DNA from: Limnochordales bacterium
GTDB lineage: Bacteria > Bacillota > Limnochordia > Limnochordales > ZCTH02-B6
Length of the DNA stretch: 64,000 nucleotides
Direction of reading: 5' to 3'
NCBI GenBank assembly: GCA_035304545.1
Contig: DATGPV010000032.1
Span: forward strand, 10,589-74,588
Numbering within the stretch: the stretch's first letter is position 1; the number at the start of each line of letters is the position of its first letter. The notes under the pieces are model-generated. The model did no database searches. It saw only the letters and a list, made by a program, of their open reading frames with translations, and had not been told where the DNA came from. Both the position numbers and the translations under genes were made by a program. Below are positions 17,648-26,284 of the stretch, one piece after another.

Positions 17648-19177
17648 ATGGCAACGCACCACGAGACGCGCCAAGACGTGCCCGGGGACGCGCCGGTCCT
17701 CAAGAGCTGGATCGGCGGCCAGTGGGTGGAGGGGTCTACGGGCGAGCTGTACCCCGACATCAACCCGGCAACGGGCGAGCTCTTGGCCCAGACGTCGGTG
17801 GCCGGCGCTGCCGAAGTGGACCGGGCCGTGCGCACGGCCCAGGCGGCGTTCAAGGATTGGCGGGCCATGCCGGCGCCCCGGCGGGGCGAGATCCTGTTCC
17901 GGGCTGCGCAGCTCATCGCGGAGCGCAAGGAAGACCTGGCCCGGCTCATGTCCCGGGAGATGGGCAAAGTCCTTTTTGAAGCCCGAGGCGAAGTGCAAGA
18001 GGCCATTGACGAATTCTTCTACATGGCCGGCGAAGGGCGGCGCCTCTTTGGCTTCACCACGCCGTCGGAGATGCCCAACAAGTTCGCCTGCTGCGTGCGG
18101 GACCCTGTGGGCGTCGTGGGCCTCATCACGCCGTGGAACTTTCCCGTGGCGGTGCCCTCCTGGAAGCTGGCGCCGGCCCTCATCGCCGGGAACACCATCG
18201 TGTGGAAACCGGCCGAGGACACACCCATGGTGGCCCTGGAGTTTGCCCGCCTGTTGGAGGAAGCTGGGATTCCGCCGGGTGTCGTCAACGTGGTGCTGGG
18301 CCCGGGTCCACAGACCGGCGCGCCCCTGGTGGAGCACCCGGGGGTGCGGGTCATCGCCTTTACCGGCTCCACGGCCACCGGCACCCTCATCGCCACCGAA
18401 GGCGCCCGCCGGGGCAAGCGGGTTTTGCTGGAGATGGGGGGCAAGAACGCCATCACGGTCATGGACGACGCGGATCTCGATCTGGCGGTGCAGGGGATCC
18501 TGTGGAGCGCCTTTGGCACCAGCGGGCAGCGCTGCACCGCCGCGAGCCGCCTCATCGTCCACCGCAAGGTCATCGGCGAGCTGACCGAGCGGCTGGTGGC
18601 GGGCGCGCAGCAGCTGCGCCTGGGCAACCCGCTGGACGAAACCACCCAGGTGGGGCCCATCGTCAACGAGAAGCAGCTGCAGCGGGTGCACCGCTACACC
18701 GGCGTCGGGATCGAAGAAGGGGCGCGGCTGTTGTGCGGAGGCGAGATCTACCGGGAGGGCGACTGCGCCAAGGGGTACTTCTACCGGCCGACCCTGTTTG
18801 CCGACGTGCATCCCCGCATGCGCATCGCCCAGGAAGAGATTTTTGGCCCCACCGCGGTCATTATCCCGTGCGACAGCCTGGAGGAAGCCATCGAGATCAA
18901 CAACGATACGCCCTACGGCCTCTCCAGCAGCATCTACACCCGGGACGTGAACCGGGCCATGCAGGCGGCCCGGGACCTGACCACGGGCATCGTGTACATC
19001 AACCACGGGACGACGGGCGCCGAGGTGCACCTGCCCTTCGGCGGCACCCGGGGCACCGGCAACGGCCACCGGGAGGCGGCGGTGCAGGCCCTGGACGCGT
19101 TCACCGAGTGGAAGTCCATCTACATCGACTACTCGGGCCGGCTGCAGCGGGCGCAGATCGACACGCCTTCCGCTTGA
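17648..19177 (+). CDS. NAD(P)-dependent aldehyde dehydrogenase
   Basis: C-terminal part of track ORF 16496..19177: MATHHETRQ...SWIGGQWVEG...ITPWNFP...LEMGGKNA...GTSGQRCTAASR (catalytic Glu and Cys motifs). The second ATG (17648) lies 11 nt after AGGAGG; the first ATG (17639) is too close to it. Confidence 0.9.
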   Translation: MATHHETRQDVPGDAPVLKSWIGGQWVEGSTGELYPDINPATGELLAQTSVAGAAEVDRAVRTAQAAFKDWRAMPAPRRGEILFRAAQLIAERKEDLARLMSREMGKVLFEARGEVQEAIDEFFYMAGEGRRLFGFTTPSEMPNKFACCVRDPVGVVGLITPWNFPVAVPSWKLAPALIAGNTIVWKPAEDTPMVALEFARLLEEAGIPPGVVNVVLGPGPQTGAPLVEHPGVRVIAFTGSTATGTLIATEGARRGKRVLLEMGGKNAITVMDDADLDLAVQGILWSAFGTSGQRCTAASRLIVHRKVIGELTERLVAGAQQLRLGNPLDETTQVGPIVNEKQLQRVHRYTGVGIEEGARLLCGGEIYREGDCAKGYFYRPTLFADVHPRMRIAQEEIFGPTAVIIPCDSLEEAIEINNDTPYGLSSSIYTRDVNRAMQAARDLTTGIVYINHGTTGAEVHLPFGGTRGTGNGHREAAVQALDAFTEWKSIYIDYSGRLQRAQIDTPSA

Positions 19178-19457
19178 CGTGCCGCGGCGGGGCCCGGACG
19201 CCTGGCGCTTCGGGCCCATCGGCACACGGTGCGGCCCCTGGGGATATACTGGGTAGGAGCTTCTCCGGACAACGCTGTTTCTAGTCAGGGGTGGGGGTCG
19301 TGGGCACGGTGTGCCGCATGCTGCAGCTGGTGCTGAACCCGGTGCTCAAGCGCCGGGGAAGGACCATGATCCTGATCTGGCGGCGCGGCCGGTAGGTCCG
19401 GCCGCGCCTGCCGTCGATCGCGTCGTCAGATCGAGGGATGAAGCAGATGATGCCGCA

Positions 19458-20330
19458 TCAGGCCCGGCCGAGGCGCTCCGCGACCTTGTCCACGATGTCG
19501 CTGATGGTCTCGGCCACGGGGACGCCGGCGGCCTCCAAGGCGGCCACCTTGGATTGGGCGGTGCCCCGCCCGCCGGAGATGATCGCGCCCGCATGGCCCA
19601 TGCGCTTGCCCTCCGGCGCGGTGCGGCCGGAGATGAAGCTGACCACGGGCGTCTTCATCTGCTTGATGTACTCGGCCGCCTCTTCCTCATCGGAACCGCC
19701 GATCTCGCCGATCATCACCACGACCTCGGTCTGGGGATCCTCTTCGAACATGCGCAACACGTCGATGAAGCGGGTGCCGATGATGGGGTCCCCGCCGATG
19801 CCCACGCAGGTGGACTGGCCGATGCCCCGAGCCGTCAGCTCGTTGACCACCTCGTAGGTCAAGGTGCCGCTGCGGGAAACGAGCCCCACGGGCCCCGGCG
19901 TGAAGATGCGGCCGGGCAAGATGCCCACCAGGGCCTGGCCGGCGGTGATGAGCCCCGGGCAGTTGGGGCCGATGAGGCGCACGCCCCGCTGGCGGACGTA
20001 CTGGACGGCCTCGATCATGTCCTGCACGGGGATGCCTTCGGTAATGCAGACGATCAGCTCCACGCCATTGTCCGCGGCCTCCAAAATGGCTTCCGCGGCA
20101 AAGGCGGCAGGAACAAAAATGATGGAAGCGTTGGCGCCGGTCGCGTCCACCGCTTGGCGCACCGTGTCAAAGACGGGCACCCCCAGCACTTCCTGCCCGC
20201 CTTTGCCCGGCGTGACGCCGCCCACCACCTGGGTGCCGTAGGCCAGCATCTGGCTGGTGTGAAACTGGCCTTCCCGGCCGGTAATTCCCTGGACGATCAG
20301 GCGCGTGTTCTTGTCAACAAGGATGCTCAT
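19458..20330 (-). CDS. sucD: Succinate--CoA ligase subunit alpha
   Basis: 290 aa: [33 protein letters not shown]...[11 protein letters not shown] (phosphohistidine loop). Confidence 0.95.
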   Translation of the reverse strand: MSILVDKNTRLIVQGITGREGQFHTSQMLAYGTQVVGGVTPGKGGQEVLGVPVFDTVRQAVDATGANASIIFVPAAFAAEAILEAADNGVELIVCITEGIPVQDMIEAVQYVRQRGVRLIGPNCPGLITAGQALVGILPGRIFTPGPVGLVSRSGTLTYEVVNELTARGIGQSTCVGIGGDPIIGTRFIDVLRMFEEDPQTEVVVMIGEIGGSDEEEAAEYIKQMKTPVVSFISGRTAPEGKRMGHAGAIISGGRGTAQSKVAALEAAGVPVAETISDIVDKVAERLGRA

Positions 20331-20351
20331 TGGCTGCTCCCGTCCTCCCCG

Positions 20352-21485
20352 TTACCCCTGGGCTGCGGCCACAGCCTTCTGGGCCGCCTCCTGGAACGTA
20401 GCGGCCGGGGTCAGCTCGGTGCCTTCCAACAGCCGCCGCCCTTCCTCTTCGCGGGTGCCCACCAGCCGCACCACCACGGGCACCTTGACGTCCATGGACC
20501 GCATGACGTCCAGCAGGCCCTGGGCCACTTCGTCGCAGCGGGTGATGCCGCCAAAGACGTTGATGAGCACCGACTTGACGTCGGGGTCCGACAACACCAC
20601 CTCCAGCGCGTTGCGCACCACTTCGGCGCGCGCCCCGCCGCCGATGTCCAGGAAGTTGGCGGCTTTGCCGCCGCTGCGCTGGATCATGTCCAAGGTGGTC
20701 ATCACCAGGCCCGCGCCGTTGCCGATGACGCCCACGTACCCATCCAGCTTGACGTAGGCGAGACCCCGCCGGCGGGCCTCCAGCTCCAGCGGGTGGTCGC
20801 CCTCGTCTTCCTTGAGGGCGGCCAGCTTCTCCTGGCGGAACAGGGCGTTGTCGTCAATCTCCATCTTGCCGTCCAGGGCCACCAGCCGGCCGTCGCCGAG
20901 CCGCGCCAGGGGGTTGATCTCCACCAGCGTCGCATCGTGGGACAGCAGGATTTGGTAGACGGTCTTCATAATAGGCGCCAGCTGCTTCAACAGCTCCGGG
21001 GCGACCCCCGCCTGGACCGCCAGCTGCCGGATGTGGAAATCCCGCAGCCCCAGCCCCGCGTTGAGCCACAGCTTGGCCACCTTTTCGGGATGCTTTTCGG
21101 CGATCTCCTCAATGTCCATGCCGCCCGCGGCCGAAAGGATCACGACATTGGCCTGGCGGTCCCGGTCCACGGTGATGCCCAGATAGAACTCCTGGACGAT
21201 GTCGGCGGCCTGCTCCACCAGGACCCGCTCCACCTTGTAGCCCCGCACGTCCATGCCCAGGATGCGGCTGGCCTGATGGTAGGCCCCCTCGGGATCGTCG
21301 GCCAGTTGGATGCCGCCGGCCTTGCCGCGCCCGCCGATGGGCACCTGCGCCTTGACCACCACGCGCCCGCCGATCTCCTGGGCGATGGCCCGGGCCTCTT
21401 CGGGAGTGTGCGCGACGCGCCCGGTGGGCACGGGGATGCCGTGCTCGGCGAAGATGGCCTTCGCCTGGCTTTCGATGAGCTTCAC
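20352..21485 (-). CDS. sucC: Succinate--CoA ligase subunit beta
   Basis: 377 aa: MKLIESQAKAIFAEHGIPVP...VVKAQVPIGGRGKAGG...GNGAGLVMTTLD. GTG start after GAGGAGG. Confidence 0.95.
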   Translation of the reverse strand: MKLIESQAKAIFAEHGIPVPTGRVAHTPEEARAIAQEIGGRVVVKAQVPIGGRGKAGGIQLADDPEGAYHQASRILGMDVRGYKVERVLVEQAADIVQEFYLGITVDRDRQANVVILSAAGGMDIEEIAEKHPEKVAKLWLNAGLGLRDFHIRQLAVQAGVAPELLKQLAPIMKTVYQILLSHDATLVEINPLARLGDGRLVALDGKMEIDDNALFRQEKLAALKEDEGDHPLELEARRRGLAYVKLDGYVGVIGNGAGLVMTTLDMIQRSGGKAANFLDIGGGARAEVVRNALEVVLSDPDVKSVLINVFGGITRCDEVAQGLLDVMRSMDVKVPVVVRLVGTREEEGRRLLEGTELTPAATFQEAAQKAVAAAQG

Positions 21486-21529
21486 CTTGCCTTTGACCTC
21501 CTCGCGGTCGCAATCAGCGATCCGGCGGA

Positions 21530-21535
21530 ATTATA
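21530..21535 (-). promoter_or_regulatory. Perfect TATAAT -10 hexamer about 45 nt upstream of sucC
   Basis: The minus strand reads ...CAATCGTTGGGGTATAATTCCGCC... in a GC-rich intergenic gap. No convincing -35 element was found. Confidence 0.3.
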
Positions 21536-21599
21536 CCCCAACGATTGGGAAAAGGAAACCGGACCCAGCGGCGCCGGCGCCGGGCCTCCGCGCCCCTGC

Positions 21600-22514
21600 T
21601 CAAAAGACGGGGGTGCACCAGTGGCGGTACTTCTCCACCTTGCCCCGGACCACGTCAAAGTACAGCTTCTGGAGCTGTCGGGTGATGGGGCCGATGCCGC
21701 CGTCGCCCACGGGGCGCCGGTCGATCTCCGCGATGGGACTCACCTGCGCGCCGGTGCCGACAAAGAAGGCCTCGTCCGCCACGTACAGCTCGGTGCGGTC
21801 CACCTCCCGCTCCACCACCGGGAGGCCCAGTTCGTCCCGGGCCAGCTCGATGATGGTGGACCGGGTCACGCCCTCGAGGATGTCGGCGGTGACGGGCGGC
21901 GTGATGAGCTGGCCATGGCGCACCAAAAAGAGGTTCTCGGCGGTCCCCTCGGAGACCTTGCCGTCCCGGGTCAGGAAGATGGCCTCGTCGCAGCCGTTGT
22001 CCGCGGCTTCCGTCCGGGCTAGGGCCGCGTTGACGTAGGCGCCGTTGACCTTAGCCCGCATCGGGATCATGTTGTCGCTGAGGTGGGTCCAGGAAGACAC
22101 GCACACCTTGAGGCCCTTGCTCACGTCCAGGTAGGCGCCCATGGGGATGGCAAACAGCAGGAAGTCGTCGGGGATGCCCACCAGGATGGGGCCGATTTGG
22201 GGTCCTGATTTGTAGGCGATGGGCCGCAGGTACATGTCCTGGCGGTCGCCGTTTTTGCGCAGCAGTTCCACGCTGATACGGTTCAGGTCCTCGACGGTGT
22301 AGGGAAGCTGAATGCGCAGGATCTTGCAGGAGTTCAGCAGCCGCTGGTAGTGCTCGGTCATGCGGAAGACGTACATCTGCTGGTCGTCCGCGTTCCAGTA
22401 AGCCCGGATGCCCTCGAAGCACGCGGTGCCGTACATGAACGCGTGGGTCTGGACGCTGATCTTTGCATCCTCCAGAGGCACGAACCGGCCTTCCAAGTAC
22501 GCGTATCTGCCCAT
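21600..22514 (-). CDS. ilvE: Branched-chain amino acid aminotransferase (class IV)
   Basis: MGRYAYLEGRFVPLEDAKISVQTHAFMYGTACFEGIRAYW...; 304 aa. ATG at 22514 follows GAGGAGG. The upstream 44 codons of the track ORF look non-coding. Confidence 0.9.
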   Translation of the reverse strand: MGRYAYLEGRFVPLEDAKISVQTHAFMYGTACFEGIRAYWNADDQQMYVFRMTEHYQRLLNSCKILRIQLPYTVEDLNRISVELLRKNGDRQDMYLRPIAYKSGPQIGPILVGIPDDFLLFAIPMGAYLDVSKGLKVCVSSWTHLSDNMIPMRAKVNGAYVNAALARTEAADNGCDEAIFLTRDGKVSEGTAENLFLVRHGQLITPPVTADILEGVTRSTIIELARDELGLPVVEREVDRTELYVADEAFFVGTGAQVSPIAEIDRRPVGDGGIGPITRQLQKLYFDVVRGKVEKYRHWCTPVF

Positions 22515-22662
22515 GTCGAATGCCGCCTCCTCTTCCTGTGCCCCTTTTGTATCTCTTCCCGCCCGCCGCGGGTGCGGGCCGGCGGGATTTGCAACCCCCA
22601 GGGTCCTCTGCCATAATGAAGGCGCATCCGGGCAGACCCGGGCCACCGGAGGAGGTGCATCC

Positions 22663-23358
22663 GTGACCCAAGGCCCGCTGCAGGCGGTATACGATCGCCT
22701 GTTTCAGCATTACGGCCCCCAGCACTGGTGGCCGGCGGAAACTCCTTTTGAAGTGATCGTCGGCGCGGTGCTCACCCAGAACACCGCTTGGCGCAACGTG
22801 GAGCTGGCCCTGGAGCGCCTCAAGGAGCGGCGGCTCCTGGCGCCTGCCGCCCTGCGGGAGGCGCCCGTGGCGGAACTGGAAGACGCCATCCGTCCCGCCG
22901 GGTACTTCCGGGCCAAAGCCCGCACGCTCCACGGGGTCCTGGCCTTGCTGTTCGACCAGTACGGCGGCAGCGTGGAACGCATGCTGCAGGCGCCCGGGCC
23001 GATCCTGCGAAGCCAATTGCTGCAGGTGCGGGGCATCGGGCCGGAAACCGCGGATTCCATCTTGCTGTACGCCGCAGGCTGCCCCGTTTTCGTCATCGAC
23101 GCGTACACCCGCCGCATCTTTTCCCGCGCGGGCCTGCTGCCCGCCGACCGCCTGGAATACCACCAACTGCAGGACATCTTTCACCGCCAGCTGCCCCAAG
23201 ACCCGGCCCTCTACGGCGAGTACCACGCCTTGCTGGTCACCCTGGGCAAAGACTGCTGCCGCAAGCAAAGGCCCCGCTGCGGCCCGTGCCCGCTGCGGGA
23301 CCTGTGCGCGTGGGGCCGGGAGGCGGACATGGCCGGCGGTCTGTCCGGCGGGAATTAG
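22663..23358 (+). CDS. Endonuclease III-related HhH-GPD protein with [4Fe-4S] cluster loop
   Basis: VTQGPLQAVYDRLFQHYGPQHWWPAETPFEVIVGAVLTQNTAWRNV, HhH LLQVRGIGPETADSILLYA, and the C-terminal CCRKQRPRCGPCPLRDLC. GTG at 22663 lies 7 nt after GGAGGAGG. Confidence 0.8.
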   Translation: MTQGPLQAVYDRLFQHYGPQHWWPAETPFEVIVGAVLTQNTAWRNVELALERLKERRLLAPAALREAPVAELEDAIRPAGYFRAKARTLHGVLALLFDQYGGSVERMLQAPGPILRSQLLQVRGIGPETADSILLYAAGCPVFVIDAYTRRIFSRAGLLPADRLEYHQLQDIFHRQLPQDPALYGEYHALLVTLGKDCCRKQRPRCGPCPLRDLCAWGREADMAGGLSGGN

Positions 23359-23461
23359 ACGAACTTTCCACGTGCAGAGGGCCAGATCCTTCCTCCGTCC
23401 GGCCCGGTGCAGGCCAGACGGCCTGCCGCGGCCGCGCGGGACGGCGGGCCGGAGCGGAGCG

Positions 23462-24019
23462 TCACCGGCCAAAGAGCAGGTAGGCGAGGCCCAGCAGGAT
23501 GGCTGCCCAGAGCAGACCGCTCCAGCGGGCCGCCGCGGGCTGCTGTCCCCCGCGCGCCGCGGGTCGGCCGTGCTCCAGGCGAGCGGCCCGCTTGAGATGA
23601 TCGACCGCTTCGCTGATGCGCCCCATCCGTTTGTAGACCACACCCAGGTTGTGGTGGGCGATATAGTAGTCGGGATCCAGCTGGAGGGCCTGGTGGTAGG
23701 CGGCTACCGCCTCCTCCAAGCGCCCCGCTTCCTGGTGCAGGTTGCCCAAGTTGCTGTACGCGGGGGCAAAGCGGGGGTCCACTTCAATCGCCGCGGCAAA
23801 GGCCTGACGAGCCAGCTCCAGCTCTCCCCGGCGGGCGTGGCAGACCCCCAGCTTGTTGTGAGCAGGTGCCGACTGGGGATCCAGGCGCACGGCTTCTTGC
23901 AGCAGCGGCAAAGCTTCCTGGAGAAGCCCCCGGGCCATGAGCGCCTCCGCTTCCTCCAGCAGCGCCTGGGCGCGTTCCGGGTCAAGCCTGGGATTGGGGT
24001 TGGTCAACGACGGTTCCAT
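23462..24019 (-). CDS. TPR-repeat protein with C-terminal transmembrane anchor
   Basis: Four TPR-like units (AHNKLGVCHARRGELELA, AYSNLGNLHQEAGRLEEA, AHHNLGVVYKRMGRISEA...) and the tail WSGLLWAAILLGLAYLLF. Start is uncertain: ATG 24019 chosen; the track ORF begins at TTG 24091. Confidence 0.65.
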   Translation of the reverse strand: MEPSLTNPNPRLDPERAQALLEEAEALMARGLLQEALPLLQEAVRLDPQSAPAHNKLGVCHARRGELELARQAFAAAIEVDPRFAPAYSNLGNLHQEAGRLEEAVAAYHQALQLDPDYYIAHHNLGVVYKRMGRISEAVDHLKRAARLEHGRPAARGGQQPAAARWSGLLWAAILLGLAYLLFGR

Positions 24020-24112
24020 GGAGGCTGTGCGACACCTCGGCTCCTGTGGGCTTTGTGGCCCTAACTTACCGTACCGCCGGGGCCTTGTCAATTTCCCGGC
24101 CGCCGTTGGCTC

Positions 24113-24128
24113 TATTTCCCGGGAAATA
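24113..24128. promoter_or_regulatory. Noc-binding site (NBS): perfect 16-bp palindrome TATTTCCCGGGAAATA
   Basis: Read directly. It is identical to the B. subtilis NBS consensus (core ATTTCCCGGGAAAT). A half-site, AATTTCCCGG, lies 12 bp upstream at 24090-24099. A noc-like gene is 3.8 kb away. Confidence 0.6.
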
Positions 24129-24304
24129 GGAGGAGCTGGCGGCGGCGCAGGTCCGAAACGAGGGAACGCATGTTCGTGATGCGGTCCCTTGTCCGTTGCC
24201 GGCGGGACCTGCAGCCGCCGCCGCCCGGTATAGCCCGTCTTCCTTCCTCATATACTGTCCCTGCTGGCAGCGGCCTCCGGCGCCAGCGGGGAGGGAAAAG
24301 CGGC

Positions 24305-24967
24305 ATGTGGCAGCGTCTGTCTTTCGCCTTGGAACGGGCCCGCCGGCCGGTCGGCGGCACCCGGCGGGTGCATGTGGACGACCCGCTGGCGGCCCAGCGC
24401 CTGTCCGCGGCCATCCTGGAGGGTCTGGTGTCCCGACGGCCCGCGCCCGCCGCGGTGACGGTCCTCTGCATCGGCACCGATCGTTCCACCGGCGACGCCC
24501 TGGGCCCGCTGGTGGGCACCCGTCTGCTGGACGTCGGCTGTCCCCGGGCGCGGATCATGGGGACCCTCGACGACCCGGTTCACGCCGCCAACCTGCACCA
24601 AGTGCTGGAGGGGCTGCAGCGGCGCGCCGCGTCTCGGGACCATGTCGTCATCGCGGTGGACGCGTGCCTGGGCCGCACCGAAAGCGTCGGATGGATCGCG
24701 ATGAAGCCCGGTCCCCTGCGCCCCGGCACGGGCGTGCACAAGGAACTGCCCGCGGTGGGCGACTTCCACATTATGGGTATCGTCAACGTCGGAGGCTTTA
24801 TGGAGTACTTCGTCCTGCAGAACACTCGCCTGAGTCTGGTGATGCGCATGGCCAACATCATCGCCGAGGGGCTCCGCCTAGGCTTGGAGCAGTGGTCGGC
24901 GGTCCGCGAAGCGGCCGCAGCGCGTCCCGCCTCGCCGGCCAGTCCCGTCTCATCCCCACAGCCCTAG
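24305..24967 (+). CDS. yyaC: Spore protease YyaC family protein (DUF1256)
   Basis: VTVLCIGTDRSTGDALGPLVGTRL...IAVDACLG...GIVNVGGFMEYFVLQNTRLSLVMRMANII. ATG at 24305 follows GGGGAGGG. Its position next to the spo0J region matches Bacillus. Confidence 0.8.
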   Translation: MWQRLSFALERARRPVGGTRRVHVDDPLAAQRLSAAILEGLVSRRPAPAAVTVLCIGTDRSTGDALGPLVGTRLLDVGCPRARIMGTLDDPVHAANLHQVLEGLQRRAASRDHVVIAVDACLGRTESVGWIAMKPGPLRPGTGVHKELPAVGDFHIMGIVNVGGFMEYFVLQNTRLSLVMRMANIIAEGLRLGLEQWSAVREAAAARPASPASPVSSPQP

Positions 24968-25046
24968 TCTTCGACCGTTAACAGGGCGGGCGGGGCCACA
25001 GCCCCTCCGCGGCGGAGCCCAGGCCGCCGGCCGCCAGCCCCGCTTC

Positions 25047-26222
25047 CTATGCCGGCGGGCCGCCGCGGGTGAACAGGCTGCGGATACGCTGGACCAGCGT
25101 TCTGTGGGGCCGGGCCGGCGCGGGCGGTGCGCCTTCCTCTTCGAGCAGCGCCGCGGCCAGGCGCCGGATGTCGGCCGCTGCACGGCTCTTGGGAAAGGCC
25201 CGCAGCAGATCCTCCTGCCGCCGGATCGCGTGCCCGACGGCGGGATCCTCCGAGAGATGGCCCAGGTAGCCCATGTCCACTCCCAAGAAGCGCTGGCTGG
25301 CGAAAATCATCTTGCGGGCGATGGCCTCGCCCTCCTCCGCGTCCCGCACCCGGTTCACTACCAACTGCAAGGGCAGTTGGTCGGTGTACTGGGACAACAC
25401 CTTCAGCAGGGCGTAGGCGTCGGTGATGGCGTGGGGCTCCGGAGTAGTGAGCAACACGGCCTCCTGGGCCGCCAGGATGAAGTTCGTGACCGAACGAGAC
25501 AGGCCGCTGCCCGTGTCCAAAAGGAGAATATCCGCGTAACGCTCCAGCTGCTGAAACTGGGATCGCAGCTTGGCGAACTGCCGGTCGCTAAGGGCGGTCA
25601 ACTCCTGCAGTCCGGCGCCGCCGGGCAGCACCACCAGGCCTCCGGGGCCCTCCACCAGCACCTCGAAGATGTCCTTTTCGCCGGCGATGACGTGGGCCAG
25701 GTTCCAGCGGGGCGTCAGGTTGAGGATAACGTCGATGTTGGCAGTGCCCAGGTCCACGTCGATGGCGCAAACCCGCTTCCCCAATGCGGTCAGGGCCACG
25801 CCCAGGTTGACCACCAACGCGGTCTTGCCGACGCCGCCCTTGCCGCTGGTTACGGCTATGGTGCGGGCGGGCGGCGCGCCTGCCCGGGACGCCAGCGCCC
25901 CGGGGGGTTCCGGCAACGGGCCCAGCAGCAGGCTGCGGTTGGCCCCGCCCTGGCGGTCAATGACCCGCGCTTGAATTTCTACGGGACCTTCCGCTGTTTC
26001 CGCTTCCACCTGGACGGCCGTGCCTACGGGCACGAGGATGAGCTTCCCCTGCTCCATGGGCATGGTGATGCGCAAGCGGTCCCCGGAGGACTCCAATACG
26101 GAACACTGGTAGGCGCCTTTGTGGAGCGGCGATGCGGCGCGTAAGGTTACCGGCTGGCCGGGCTCCAGCAGCGCCCACCCTATGGCGGGCGTGGGCAGGG
26201 CATCGTCTCGCTGCTGTGTCAT
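25047..26222 (-). CDS. MinD/FlhG/ParA-family ATPase with N-terminal PilZ-like beta-barrel domain and C-terminal amphipathic helix
   Basis: C-terminal 391 codons of track ORF 25047..26897. The first ~105 aa (GQPVTLRAASPLHKGAYQCSVLESSGDRLRITMPMEQGKLILVPVGTAVQVEAE...) resemble a YcgR/PilZ-type barrel without RxxxR/DxSxxG. Then come the deviant Walker A SGKGGVGKT, ILLLDTGSG and the tail TLVQRIRSLFTRG. ATG at 26222 follows GGGAGGGG. Confidence 0.8.
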   Translation of the reverse strand: MTQQRDDALPTPAIGWALLEPGQPVTLRAASPLHKGAYQCSVLESSGDRLRITMPMEQGKLILVPVGTAVQVEAETAEGPVEIQARVIDRQGGANRSLLLGPLPEPPGALASRAGAPPARTIAVTSGKGGVGKTALVVNLGVALTALGKRVCAIDVDLGTANIDVILNLTPRWNLAHVIAGEKDIFEVLVEGPGGLVVLPGGAGLQELTALSDRQFAKLRSQFQQLERYADILLLDTGSGLSRSVTNFILAAQEAVLLTTPEPHAITDAYALLKVLSQYTDQLPLQLVVNRVRDAEEGEAIARKMIFASQRFLGVDMGYLGHLSEDPAVGHAIRRQEDLLRAFPKSRAAADIRRLAAALLEEEGAPPAPARPHRTLVQRIRSLFTRGGPPA

Positions 26223-26249
26223 GGGCGCCCCTCCCGCGTCGCCGGCGGA

Positions 26250-26265
26250 TGTTCCACGTGGAACA
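26250..26265. promoter_or_regulatory. parS: parS site 1: TGTTCCACGTGGAACA (perfect palindrome), intergenic
   Basis: Read directly. It matches the Firmicute consensus TGTTNCACGTGAAACA with one change that makes it fully palindromic. It lies 28 nt upstream of the MinD-like start codon. Confidence 0.8.
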
Positions 26266-26284
26266 CTGGGACGTTTTGCGGCGC

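Noticed and set aside
17492-19225. N-terminal ~578 codons of the 957-aa minus-strand ORF 16352..19225.
   Set aside because: Only the last 379 codons are GcvT, with a good RBS and ATG at 17491. The remainder is antisense to the aldehyde dehydrogenase gene and lacks motifs.
19311-22022. 903-aa plus-strand ORF across sucD, sucC and ilvE.
   Set aside because: It is antisense to three well-supported genes and has low-complexity Ala/Gly/Asp/His composition. GC-rich artefact.
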